NCBI GenBank assembly: GCA_964016885.1
Contig: OZ024742.1
Span: forward strand, 145,204,001-145,268,000
Length of the DNA stretch: 64,000 bases
Reading direction: 5' to 3'
Source of the DNA: Eledone cirrhosa
Taxonomy: Eukaryota
Positions 25,604 to 39,300 of this stretch are shown here, piece by piece. Made by a program: the position numbers and the translations under genes. How positions within the stretch are numbered: the stretch's first letter is position 1; every line of letters starts with the position of its first letter. The notes under the pieces are model-generated. The model was given only the letters and a program-made list of their open reading frames with translations. It was not told the origin of the DNA and made no database searches.

Positions 25604-27489
25604 TCACACACACATACACAACAAGTTCCATCTACCAAATCTGCTCACAAGGTATTGGTCAGACTGGGACTACAGTAGAAAACACTTGGCCAAAGTGTCA
25701 CACAGTGGAACAGTGGAACTAAACCTGAAACCACATGGTTATGAAGTGGATTTTTTAGCCAGGTAGCCATGTCTCTGCCTGCAACAATATATCTGGTAAA
25801 TGAAATTATTTATTTAGATATGTTGCTGGAAGACAGCCAGTCAATAAACAAGACTGGAATGACAATACTGCAATGATAATGGTTTTGTACATTAAGCCCA
25901 AACCTAATTTGTGAGGGGGAAGCTGTCTTCTATGCAATTAAATCAACTCTAGTGCTTTATTGTTGATGTGAAATGGCCATATGCATAAAATATAGGATTT
26001 TAGCTGAAAGGTTTTGAGTTTAAATCATCTACGGTGAATGTTTTATTGTTTCTTTTGACAATACACTTAATTCTAAATGTCTTGAATATGTGCCAATTGT
26101 TGTTGGTGTTACTGTTTAGTCTTAGGTGGGCTCTTATCAAGTAGATCTGGAACAATTAAATACCAGATATACCAAGATGCTATGTATTTGAGGACCATTC
26201 TGACATGCAGGGATTGCCATCCTTTTTTTCAAAATGGTAGAGTATATAATTAGCAGGTTCAGCAACCACATGCATGTTATTGAGGCTGCTGTTATTTTTG
26301 TGTATATATGTTGTTTTTTTTATTTATTTGTACGTATTTATCTATATCTAGCTAAACAATATACCCAAAGGAAGTCAACAAGAAACCACTTTTGTATTCT
26401 GCCATAAAAAGGCCATGATAAAACACATAGCTCTTGTCAAAGATGGCACAAGAAATGTCTTATCTCTTGGCCTACTACATAACTGTATTAGTCAACTATA
26501 TAGTCATTCATTTTAACAATTACCATATATAGAAGATCTAGATTGAGAGGAAAATGTGAGATAGGTATTTGTAAGTTAAATTAGATATATGATACGAATT
26601 AGTTCTAGTTGTAACTAACTTCAGGTAACCAATTAGTTAAGGATTGAAGTATTTCCTCAGGTAACTAATACAAATGTTATTTATGGACTAGTGTAAGACT
26701 GACGTGTTATAACTCGCCATGTCAATATTCCTCTGAAGTTAAAAAAAATAGACAGGGACTCAATAAATTTATAGGATCTGCGTCATTATTGTTTTTACAT
26801 TTATTTTTCCATACCTGCATGACATTTTTGAGGCAGCATTCTATAGCCAGCTACCCTTCCCAGTGACCTCACTGTTACTCTGTCTCCCCACTGAGCTACT
26901 ATACTTTTTGTTTATGTGGGATATAAACAAACTGCATCACATATCAAAAGTAAAGCTAACACATGGAGACAATCACACACACATACACAGGTTATAAAAT
27001 AAATATAAGCATGAAATCATGGTAGGTAACTTGAGCTTTTAGTATATGAGACACTTGTGTGGCAATATGATGAAAGCCTTTAGTATGTAGCTATATTGCT
27101 TCAGAATTCAATCCCACTCTATCCCACCTTGGACTAGTGTCTTGTACCATCGTTGTAGATTTGCCAAAATCCTATGCGTTAAAATTAGCAGATGGAAACT
27201 GTGCAGAGGCTGATTTTGTGTGTGTGTGTGTTTCTCAGATGTGTATTAGCAAGAATAATATAAGCCCCAGTGACAAAACTGCAATGCTGTTGTTTCACAG
27301 AGTGGGGATGGAACTCATCAAATCAGACCAAGGAAACAATGTTTGCATTGGCTTTTCTGCTGCTGATACTATCTACCAGTCTCAACTCCTGGTAGGAAGA
27401 GCAATATGAAATAATGTGCCTTGCTCAAGAACATAATGCATCACCCGGTCTGGGAATCGAACTTGCAACTTCACGATATATATATATAT

Positions 27490-28200
27490 TGTCATTATCA
27501 TCATCATTTTTATGTCCACTTATCCATGCTTACATGGGTTAGTCAGGTTCTTTTCGGCTCAGCATCTCTTCACTAGTTACATTCCTTCATTCATCTCCTC
27601 TGTGAGTTTCAATAATCTGAGATCAACTCTCACCACCTCCGCCCAGATCTTCCTTAGTCTTTCTCTACTGTAGTTTCCTTCTATTTGGATTTCCTGGCAC
27701 TTCTTCATCCTGCGATCATCCATATGTATCACATGTCCATACTAATGCAGTCTTCACTCTTGTACACTACATCTGATTATTTTAAACCCAGTTTTTCTCT
27801 TAGTTCATCCAAGTTCTGTAATTCTCTCATGTTAACATTGCACATCCATCAAAGAATACTTGCTTCATGTCTTTCTAGACTACACATGTCCTCTGCTGTC
27901 ATTGCCAACGTTTCACTACCATGCAGCCTTGCACTTCTCACACAGGTGTCATACAGCCATCCTTTCGGTTGAAGGAAGAAACCTTTTGTTGTCAACAGAG
28001 AGTAGCTCTCTAAACTTCTTCTATCTTCTCCTTATTCTATCTTTATTCTAGCTACTATTCTCTTGGAGCACCCTCCTCCAATGCTAGTGTGATCCCCTAG
28101 GTAGCAGAAGTTATCAACTGCTTCTATGGATCTTTTATGCAATTGGAAAAGGTTTATATCACTGATACTCTTACTATCAATTAGCCTTGTGCATCTATGA
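27490..28200 (-). mobile_element. Decayed RTE-clade LINE 3' fragment
   Basis: (CAT)n terminus plus sequence homologous to the reverse complement of the RTE fragment at 52903-53810 and to 61960-62270. Confidence 0.75.
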
Positions 28201-28999
28201 CAAATGCAGTCATTTGCCTCTTTCTTATGAGCATTAGTGGTGCTAAGTTTCCCGCTGTCATTTTAAACTCACTTTTCCCCAACAACATCCTGATTTACAC
28301 TGATACATGCAATCTGGAAAGTTCCTGTCCAGGGGGAAAGCTTAGGCAAAATTTTATTTTAACTGTATTTTTAATTTTATGGAAGACTAGTAGTTTTCCA
28401 TACAATAAGTCTCATTTCTTCATGCCACCGATCTCTCAAATCACAAGCCAATACAGTGTTTTTTCATTGTGGTTAATCACATATATATATTGTATGTATT
28501 GTAAATTATCTTGCTTAAAAAAGCAACAAAATTCATGTGAAACTATAAGTCAGAAGTTCACCACCTTTTAAGCTACTCCAGTAATTGTTGTAAACTTAAC
28601 TATAATCAATGGCTCTCTACATCATTATTGATACTTTAAGGTAGTGTGTAGAGATTATTATTTCTGATCTGAATAATAAATAGCTGCAGTTGTCAGTTCT
28701 CTCTACATGTTTTACTTATTCACGTTTGAGTGATGTGATAACACCTGATGTGAACTAATCTGCCACTGTCTCACAGCTATTTCATCCAAGCATTGTTGTT
28801 ATTGGTGGGAGAGGTAATGACGTTTGTATTGGTGATAACGACAGTGATGGTGCAGCTTAACTTCCTACTACTTGTTTCCTCTTCATGCAAGCCATTCATC
28901 TCCTTCTTAAATACTTTACCAGAGACATTTAATTGCTTAGAACTAACTGCGAGGCAGGATTAATGTAAATCTATCCAGATTAGTTTGTGTAGGTGTGCC

Positions 29000-29041
<42 letters not shown>

Positions 29042-29693
29042 TGTGTGTGTATGGAATAATTGTGTGTATGTGAAAGAGAGAGGGGGGGTGTATATTTCAA
29101 TGTGGACGTGTGCTTGTATGTTTTTTCTCCTCAATACATTTTTCTCTGTGGAAATTCTAGCAAAACTTTGCTCTCTCCCTCTCTGTATATCTTTTCACTG
29201 CTTATATCAGATTATGAATCTTATTTATTTATTTATGTGGTTGTGGTTGTTGTTTAGAAATTAATTATGGAATTCAGTATGTGTAGTTGTTGTTTTGGCA
29301 CATGTATTATAGATGGCTTTACAGCTCTAACTGTATAAACAACCACATTGAAGGATTATGTAGAATCTGCCGATACATATGCGTACTTAAACAACCAGAA
29401 AAACGTTGCAGTGAAATCAGCAACCCCAAAAATGTTTATTATATATATTATAGATGAGAAAGAAAATTAAAATTTTTTATGTGAGCTCTATCATGTTCAA
29501 AACCTTGATAAGGTATTATTATAGCATTGAAAATGACTGTACAACTAGAAACTGTACTATTCATAAAACAAATGAGATAGTTCACTGATAAAAGGTATAA
29601 TCTGTCTTTAAAGATTATAGCTTGCTAAAGTACCTGTAATAGGAAGGTTGTCATTCCATTTGACTTCAAAATTTAATGTTTTTTCATTTTCTT

Positions 29694-29746
<53 letters not shown>

Positions 29747-29974
29747 AAATATATATATATATATATATAATCTTCTGCAAGTCTGATTTTTTTCAGAAGG
29801 ATAGAGAGTGAGAGAATGGAAGTGAGAAAGAGATATAGAGGAAGAATCGACCTCAGTACTTGACTGGTACTTTTTTTAATTGACCTTCTAAAAAAATCAA
29901 AGCTGAGCACAAATCGAGACAACAGCTTATGTGCAGATCTAGAATCATACAATTTCCTGCTGTTTACTTTTAAA

Positions 29975-30165
29975 TAATTGTTTCTACTATTGGCACAAGG
30001 CCAGCAATTACCCAGTACATTACTGGTACTTTATTTTATCGACCCCGTAAGGATGAAATGCAAAATTAACCTCGGCGGGATTTGAACTCAGAATGGCAAG
30101 GGCCGTAACTCTATGCGTCAAAGCATGGCGTCCGACCCTCTACCGATACTGCCAATTCACCGCCC
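29975..30165 (-). mobile_element. Young family A SINE with 16-bp TSD
   Basis: tttacttttaaataat at 29963-29978 and 30167-30182. Confidence 0.9.
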
Positions 30166-30993
30166 ATTTACTTTTAAATAATGGAAATTAAAAATATTTT
30201 TGTTTCAATTTCTTACTGTTATTGTATTACGAGGGAGAAACGCATACACACACACGCACACGTATATGAAGGTGGAGCCTCTACATGATTGCTACACTTG
30301 TTAGAAATAGCAGCTTAATCACACACTATTGTCTTAAAGAGACACTAAATAATGTAATCTTAGATATACCTTAAACAAAGACAGAATTGTTATGGCTCGG
30401 GTTTGGAATTCATGTAACGCATGGTGCATTTCTGAAAGCTTGAACTTATAATTTTTTTCTTCTTTGACATGTTTCTAACTTCATGATAATTGTCTAAGAG
30501 GATATGTGAATAACAGTTAAGCAGCTAAGATAATCAGCTTTTAATCATGTATGATGCATTCAAGTTCTATCTGAGGATTATTCAAACCCTTATATAATGA
30601 AATCCTGTCAACTTTATCATTTACCACTTATTTTTCCATACTACTTACATCAAACCTATCTCTTCAATGGTTTACCTCCAGTCCTTTCTTAATCTACTCT
30701 GCTGTGCTGAATAGGACCTGTCCAACCCTTGCAAGCAGGGAAAAGTGAACGTAAAATGATGATGATGATGATGATTTTTATGATGATATAACTACTTTGT
30801 TACAAATCTTCTACCTGTTCACAACAATTTGAACTTCATTGCCTCCTGCACCTGCAACCCAATGTATATTAGTGATTACACATTGATGGATCTTCTGTCA
30901 GTTTCAGTGATAAGCTTTCAGTTGTTAGATCAACTGCTCACCCTACTAATTAAATTAATGTATAAATGGCTGAGTATTCGACAAACACATGTA

Positions 30994-31243
30994 TAAAGTC
31001 TGTCTTGAGCCCAGAGGCTCATCAGGCAAGTGCTTATCCCAGTTTCCATGGTATGAAGTGACTGAGAATAGAGGACTCACCCCTGGACAGGACGCCAGTC
31101 CATCACAGGGTTAAACTCTCAGCTGCTGCTGGTACTCATTTTTTTCAGCTGAGTACATTGAGGCAACATGAAATGAAGTGTTTTGCTCAGGAACACAACA
31201 CACAACCCAGTGCAGGACATTGTTTATAATGTACCTCCACTAT
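30994..31243 (-). mobile_element. Family B-related SINE, tail type 3 (V-domain-like segment), with TSD
   Basis: Minus strand has ccctgtgatggactggcgtcctgtccagggg; TSD aaacacatgta at 30983-30993 and 31244-31254. Second copy at 52620-52902 with TSD cagaccataac. Confidence 0.75.
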
Positions 31244-32302
31244 AAACACATGTACCCATAACATAATTCTTTAGAAGAATAAGTATGACACAATGTGGAA
31301 AGGCTGGAACTTTTAAATACACCCATCTAGCTTTCACACAGTGTTCAGCTATCCAGACTTAACTGGATATTAATGGAGATTGTATTAAAAAGGAACATAA
31401 CTTCATATATTTCATTACATAGAATGTAAATAGTTTAATGGAAATTCAAACTTAAAAATAGCTTAATATTCTGTTCATTGTTAAAGTTTCATGATTTATT
31501 TAAAATTCAGACTTAGCAATTCTTCTTAAATCCCCAAATGTCTATTTCTTTCTCTATGTGATTCATGCGACTCATTCTTATCTCAGACTTTTCTTTTGCT
31601 ATGGTAACCTCAGCCGGATTTAAAAAAAAAAAAAAAGAAGTGAAAGCTAAACTTATTGATTTCATCTCAGTCTAATGTTCAATTTAAAGTGTTTAAAGAT
31701 AAGCTTTTGTTGGTTTTAACTATGAATTATAATAAAATGTTATCATTATCCTTATTTTTATTAATGTTGTTGTTCCCACTTCTGCTGCTGCTGTTGTTAT
31801 AAATGTCATGAACTTTTAAATAGTTTCTATCTTAAAATTTCTAAAACACAACAAAAAAAGGATGTAAAACTATTTATTTAAAAATCAATTGTTAGACAAA
31901 AGTAAATTATAATAAACATTACCATTTCATCATCATCATCATTTTAGCGTCTGCTTTCCCTGCTAGCAAGGGGTGGACAGGTTTACATAGATCAAGTTAG
32001 TACTGAAATGGAGCTACTAACCTCCCAGACAGGCCAGGGATCTGTATCTCACTTATATACACCCTCACATTCTACCAAGTACACAGGAGAGGTTATCTTG
32101 TCTTTGACACAACTGAAGGGTCCTCCCAACCCTTTGCTTGGCAAACTTTCTACAGCTGCATACGAGACAAAAATACAAGTATGAGGTACAGCTAAAGTAT
32201 TGTATAAAAGGTTAAATACCAGTTTTCAGAGTTGACAAAAACCTAGTTTGTTTTAATGTATGAACACACATGCTTATACATCTCTAAGTTCATCACCTGT
32301 GC

Positions 32303-32339
<37 letters not shown>

Positions 32340-32340
<1 letters not shown>

Positions 32341-32735
32341 ATAATAATAAATTTGAAGACTAAAATCCAAAGAGGGCTCGATAAGGATAAATATATATCA
32401 AATATATAAGAACCGTCGAGCAAATATTTATTAAAATAACAGATTACAGTTTAAGCAAAGAATCGCTGCTTTCACCCTTAACGGAATCTTCTGAAACTAA
32501 CATGTAATTGTTTTTCACCGCTCCAAATAATGACGTATTATATTCGTTTTTTCCCGTTCTTTGCCAGGGAACGTTTCCACGAACCAAAGTTCGTCTTCCT
32601 GTCTTCCTCCGGTTGCAACGTTTTTTTTAAATATTCACTTCTGCGTTCACAGATTGACTTTGTTAGTTTCAGAAGATCCCGTTAAGGGTGAAAGCAGCGA
32701 TTCTTTGCTTAAACTTTAATCTGTTATTTTAATAA

Positions 32736-32738
<3 letters not shown>
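32340..32738. mobile_element. Foldback element in (TA)n with 78-bp inverted arms; Penelope-like derivative candidate
   Basis: 32425-32502 is the near-perfect reverse complement of 32661-32738; (TA)n tracts flank both ends. Confidence 0.8.
32649..32724 (+). ncRNA. Type I hammerhead-ribozyme-like fold with variant core
   Basis: Stem I acagatt/aatctgt plus agttt/aaact; core CAGAAGA (32670-32676); stem II ccc-gttaa-ggg; GAAA (32690-32693); stem III agca/tgct; predicted CUU cleavage triplet at 32708-32710. Confidence 0.6.
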
Positions 32739-32789
<51 letters not shown>

Positions 32790-34223
32790 CTGTATGTGTG
32801 CCATTCACCACCAGTTGTTAGAGCATCAGACAAATTGCCTTATAATATTTAGATACAGTTATTTATCTTCTGAGTTCAAATAACATTAAGGCTATCATTG
32901 TCTTTCACTCCTTCAGGGTCAATAAAATGAGGAAACAGTCTAAGCTGCAAATTGGTAGAATTGTTAGTACATTAGATCAAATGCTTTGTGGTATTTGTTT
33001 TATCTCTCTCTCTTTCTCTCTCTCATCCAAAACTTGTTGAGAACTACTTTAACTTCCATTCTTTTGAACCAATAAATAAAGTATGAATCCAAAGTAGTAA
33101 ATTAGTTGAGTGGTTAGAGTATCAGAGGAGATACTTTGTACTTTCTATTCAAGATATTCATCACTTTGCTGTAGTCCTATCAAGTCCAATATATATATAT
33201 TTAAAAAAAACAGGCCCTGTACAATGCAACAGCATCACTACATAGCAATGTCTTAGACTATGGAACAAAAGCAAAATAATCATATCAATAGGAGTTTCTT
33301 TTAGCTTTGCCACAAGCCAATATTTATAATGAGGTAAATAAAATTTGATTGTAATGATCCAAGTTTGTACTTGGAACCTGTTTTATTGACTAATGAGGAC
33401 ATGGGAGGGTGAAAAACAAATTCTATTTTGGTATAAATTGAATGTAGAAAATTAAATTAACAAGCTCCTAATTATAATAATTATTTGTGACATAGGTACA
33501 AAGCCAGAAATATGGCAAGGTGGGGAACAGTCATTTAATTGACTCCAGTAATAATAATGGCTGCTTTAACTTTAGTTTCCAAGAAAGATATTTTCTTATT
33601 CCTTAATGCCTGTTGGTGATCCTCGTAAATCAATAACTTGGGATTATTTTAGCTACTATATGAGATCTGGTGCACTGCAAACAAAACACATCTTATTATT
33701 TTAACAACTAATCTTTATGTTTTCACTATTAATTCCAAAATCTTGCTAGTCTCAAGGAGCTGATTTGTTGTGGAAATCATCTTATAGAATTAGTGGGTGG
33801 AGTTGTTATTATTATACTTTATTTATTCATATTCTGAGTCAGAGCCAACTATGAAATAAATAGAAAAATATCATTGACATAAAACAAGAAAAGGAAAATG
33901 TACATTTAATATTTCAAACTTCTATAAACATTGACTTGCTTCTTCATTTTTGTCAGTGGTTTTGGATAAAATCAAAATTGATAGACTAATCCAGATTTGA
34001 AATGTCTGCTGAATAACAGCTGTTATCTAAGTCTTTATTAGCAAAACAAACTCTTAAAATTTGCTCACATTTTCTTCTTTTTTTTGTTGTTTTGTAAATG
34101 ACATTTGATTTTCTTTTGATATTAAATGTTACCTTTTTTTAAAATATACTTTTTTAAGCAGGTGTCTTTTTCTGAAAAAAAAAAAATTGTTGATTTTAAA
34201 CAATTTATATTTTGTTCTTATAG

Positions 34224-34337
34224 GGGGATCATGTGTGGCTGGAGCCAAAAACCAAGGAAGAATTTGGTGTGGCCATTGGTGCCGAGGTGAAATTTACAGA
34301 TGCAGGAAGAATCCTTGTTATTGACGATGATGGAAAA
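34224..34337 (+). CDS. MYO7A: Myosin VIIa coding exon 2, N-terminal SH3-like region (GDHVWLEPKTKEEFGVAIGAEVKFTDAGRILVIDDDGK)
   Basis: Acceptor ttttgttcttatag, 114 nt open, donor gtaagg. Resembles the myosin VII N-terminus GDHVW...F.V.IGA.VK..D.G...V.DD. Absent from the ORF track. Confidence 0.93.
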
Positions 34338-37300
34338 GTAAGGATATATTTTTTTTTTTTTTTTACATATCACATTATTTTCTATTTCTACTTCCATTTT
34401 TAGCTGTTTTTGTTCTGAGTGTGGAACTAAAATGAAAGTGCTGGGAGCTGATTCCCAAAGGCAATACTATTGTTAGTTAGGGAAAAAATGACTTGGAGAA
34501 AGACTGGTTCATCTCTAACGGGATGATATCAGGCCTAGAAGATAAAATGGTACAGGTGTATACTCTATTACAGACCTATTTAACCCATACTAGTGTTAAT
34601 ATTTATTTTATCAATGAATTATTATGCTCTATTAAACAAAAATAGACTTACTGGCTAATGGCTGTATTGCTGTACTTTCACAGTAGATTATATTTTTTGC
34701 TTCCCTAACATACAGAAAAAATACAAGTTATTTCTTAGGAGAAAAAAAAGGCTCAAAGTTTTCATTGAGATGTAAACATTGAATATTTCAGCAAATAAAG
34801 GAAATTGTATGTGTGTGCATATGTGCCTGTGGATGTGTATATCTAAGCATGTGTGCAGGTGTGGGTGTATGTCTGTCTCTCAGAATTTGTGAGTAAGTCC
34901 AAATATACCATCCATATCTGGTGCATATCTAAGTTAAGTACTTATCTGAAATGAACACAGCTTTAGCTTGTCCAGAAATTCTAAAACTCAGTGGCACATG
35001 CATATACTTGTTCATGTGCTCATAAACACATATATACACATGTACACACACACATATATATATATACATGCTTACACACACATGCACAGACCCACTCACG
35101 CATATACACACGTGCACTACTCACTACTAGACATATTTCAAATTTAAATAAAAAGAATAATAGTTGCTGTGATAGCCTAACAATTTTAAATCATTATCAA
35201 TGTAAATGAAGCAGTTCCAATTGGAAAAATAAGCTACATCTCTCTCTCTCTCTCTATCTATCTCTCTCTTGCCCCCCCCCCTCCTCTCAAAACAGAACAA
35301 AAGAAACTTCCATTTAGCTACATATCTTAATCAGTAAAAACAAATTAGAATCTATGATTTTACATCTGACTAAATAAGCTTAAATTTTGTCAGATATTCA
35401 TCAAATATTAGAATCAAAATAATTGCTGTAAAATAAATAAGAAAAATAAATATTTTCTTTTATGGACTTGCCTGGTCCACTGGCATTAAGTGATCTCAGA
35501 CATGGTTGTGTGATTAAGAAGTTTTCTTTACAGCAGTAGGGTTCTGGGTTTGATCTATCCTACTGCAACAACCTTCTACTGCAACCTCGGGTTGACCAAT
35601 ACCTTGTGATTAATGTTTGTATATGAGCATGTGTGTGTATTTCTCTCTCTCTCACCCTCTCGCCCCCCTCTCTCAGTCATTGGATTGTGGCCATGCTGAA
35701 GCACTGACTTCAATGGTATACAGTACATAACACTGTTATTTAGTACTTGACTAGTCAGTATTCTATCAACCTCAAAACACTAAAAGGTAAATCAACCTGG
35801 ATGGTATTTGAACATAACACATAAAAAGACATGCCCAAATACCACAAGGCATTTTGTCTGATGCTCTACTGATTCTGCTATCTATCACCCTATGTTTTAA
35901 AACAGATATTTCTAAATGAAAAGGATTTTGAGAGAGAATGGAAGTAAGTCATTAAATTAAAGGACACAAACTTTTTCTCTCTGAAGAAGGGAATTGTTTG
36001 AAATGTCATGAAATTCTTCCCCCAGGAACATAAAAACTTTTACATTCCCAATAAAATACTTTTGGGATACAAACCAGCAATAATTTCCTTATATTCTATT
36101 AAAGACAAATAGATTAAGTAGGCATTTAAAACTTTGTTTATATTATACCCAACAGTCCTGTACTGATGGCAACATACAATGATGTTTATAGCAAATAGAC
36201 TAGTTTACTTAAAGTGTACTGTGTAACAACAGTGTAACAACAGTGTAACAACAGTGTAACAAAAGTGTAACAGTGTAACAATTGGTGAATATAGCCCAGA
36301 ACCGTAATCCTGTAGATAATGGACCTCTCTCTCTCTCTCTCCCTCTCTCTCTCTCTCTCACTGATAAGTATGTACACTGATCAGCATTTACAGATATCTA
36401 TATATTAACACATGCACAGATGTACATAGTGTCATATACATACACTGACACGTGTATTGACTGATATGTATGCAAAAAACTGGATCTGGATTTTTTTATG
36501 ATAAGCATATAGATAAGGAGACTCAAATAAAACAATTCCTTCTGATATTTTCTATAATTATAATTTATTTTATTGGCCAAGACATAATCATGCCATCTCA
36601 AATGTTATAGTGCAAGATTGAGCCAATGAGGAAGCTATACATTTGTCCAACCTGCTAGAAATAGCTGTTAAATCTTCCTTAAATAAGACCATATGGTCTT
36701 AAAAAAGAATAGAGATATTGGATAATGTAGTTATCCAATATCTTGTTACAAGTAAAGATGATATTAAACTCGACCATGATAATGATAGTGCTAGATATAC
36801 TGTGTCTAAAAAGCAACAAAGGAATGGTCTTGGTTGAAGGGTCTTTTTCATAGGTCTCCCTAATCAGGTTTCATCCGTGGCTCAACAAAAGCAGAGTTAT
36901 AGTCTTTTGGTATGACAGAGAGAAAATAATGAACATTGTTTTGGTTCGGCAACATTTCATAAAAAGCTGAATAAATTTCTTGTCTTATACTTCTTGTCAT
37001 TTATATGAATTCAAACTAGTAATCAATGAATTAATATTTTCATTCTGTAGTCTTTGAAGCCTTATATATATATTTTTTTTTTCTATTATTTTCTTTATAT
37101 TTTTTTATTTTTGATGTTAAATTTGATTTAAAAAGTCTTTTATGGGGCCCTATTCTCATAAATTAAATCCCCTGACAATATAATATTATATTTCTCTCAG
37201 AATCAGTAAAGTTTCACCCAAGGAAAAAACTTTAATAATATTGGTGAATTATTTTGTAATCAATACCAGAACTGAGCTGTTACTAATAGCTGCCAGAGTA

Positions 37301-38974
37301 CTGGGAAAATCATTGTTTTGGAAAATCTGGAAAATAGTAATTTTAAATGTAACCAATCACTCATCAATTATTTATGTTTGTTATAAATGTGTGTAGGCAT
37401 GGCTAGGGGGTTAACAAGTTTGTCTCGGAATGATTAAGTTCTATGTTGGACTCCACTACTTGGCATTTTGAATATATGTCTTTATCATAGCTGTGTTGGC
37501 CCAAGCCTTGTGAATGAAATTAGGAAGATGAAAATTGTGGAAGCCCATTTGATCAGAGGCATAGCAAGGAGGTTGGAGGGAGAGGCAGGTATGAAAGAGC
37601 ACAAAATTTCCTCTGGCCTATCATGCCTGCTAATTAAGTTGGTGGACACCAAAAGTGTCTTTGCCCTTGCTATGTTACTACCTTAGATGGATTGTAAGTA
37701 ACTCAAAGGTATTGTCATGTATTTTGTTGCACTGATTCGGCTCAGGAAATATGTTAAGAGTATATTTCTATGGAATGTTCAACCACCTACACATTAGTTA
37801 ATGTGACAGACATTCTGTTGATTGAAAACCTTGATAAACTTCCTCAAAACTGATAGAGGATTCACTTGATTTACTCACAACATTTTTTCATAAATAGATA
37901 TAAAACTTCAGGTTTATAAACAAAATTTTGAAATTTTGTCAGTGGTGTTTGCTAAGTAATTAAACAAATTTAACTAATATATGAAGCCAGGTTGGTTTGC
38001 AAGTTTAATTGAGAATTTCTTTACTAGACTACAACATCTACTGCTTCACATATTTTTACTACTTTACTGCCATTTTAATATTTCTTGATTCAAATTCGAA
38101 GATCTTCATTAGTTTTAATGCCTGGATACACTAAGGCTGAAACGAGTGTAACTATAACTACTGCTTACAGCAAATTACCCACCCAACACAAAGGAGTTTT
38201 TCTAATTTTTGTAACAAAGTTCTGTGAAGCCAAATTTATGAATTCTTATATCATTGATTTTTATTATAGCCTGTTAACAAACTACCTTGTTATCGAAGTC
38301 CTCTTGTATTTATATTTTCTATTTATTGGTGGATAATTCACTTCATGTTTTGTGATAATCTTAACAATTTTATATATTTGTCTGTCTATCAGTTTCTCTG
38401 TTTGTTTACAATCCTTGATTTAATTTCCATTAACTATTTTTCAAATTAGTTGGCTCCTTCTAAGTGCAATGTTTTCTCCAGTCAGGACCACTTTTGATTT
38501 GTTTCTCTTTTTTTGCAATCTTATTGTACTACTCTTGGGTTTCTCAGTTCTATTTTCCTTATATAAGTTTTTCAGGCTTCAAAATAGAAACAAAACAAAA
38601 ACAACCTTATATTAGCCTGGAGAAATTCAGGAGGAAAGCTATTAATTATGAGTTATTGTTGTTCTTTTTTGTTCTAAGTAGGTTGAAAATTATTCTTTAG
38701 AAAACATGTGAGAAAATTCTATCTAGCTATTACCTATCTTATTTTAGGTTTAAATCTACTCAGTAATTTGCACACACACACACACAAATAAACACACACA
38801 CAAATAAACAAACAAACACACACACACACAAACGCATGCACACACACAAACACACATGCACACACACACACACGCACATACCATTCCAAATATTCAGTAG
38901 CTTATATCTGTTGTTGCTAAAAGTATTTATTTCTCAAGTTTGCATTTATTTTCCTTTAATATTGTCTCAATAGA

Positions 38975-39300
38975 CACAGGCATGGCTGAGTGGTTAAGAA
39001 TTTTGTTCACAATCATGAAGCCTAGTGTTTAATCCTACTGTATGGCTTCTTGGGCAAGTATCTTTTAACATGGCTTTCAGTTGAGCCAAGCATCTAAGTG
39101 AAATTGGGTAGATAGATACTATGTACCTGTCCTTTAGAAGTCCAGCTTTTTCACACTGTCTCATGCTGATTCTCCTGAGAATTATGTTAAGGGTACGCAT
39201 GTCTATAAAATACTCAACAACTTGCACATGCGAAAGATGGTCAGTTACTCAAAAAGCTGAATGCTCATTGTCAAAACTGGCTGAGGATTAATCATCTTTT
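38975..39300 (+). mobile_element. Older tRNA-headed SINE, family D
   Basis: catggctgagtggttaag head and ttgggcaagt segment. Related copies near 1-110 (-), 6855-6975, 25620-25780 (-), 27050-27210, 35500-35620, 37393-37550, 39735-40005 (-), 47145-47300 (-) and 47970-48320. Confidence 0.65.
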
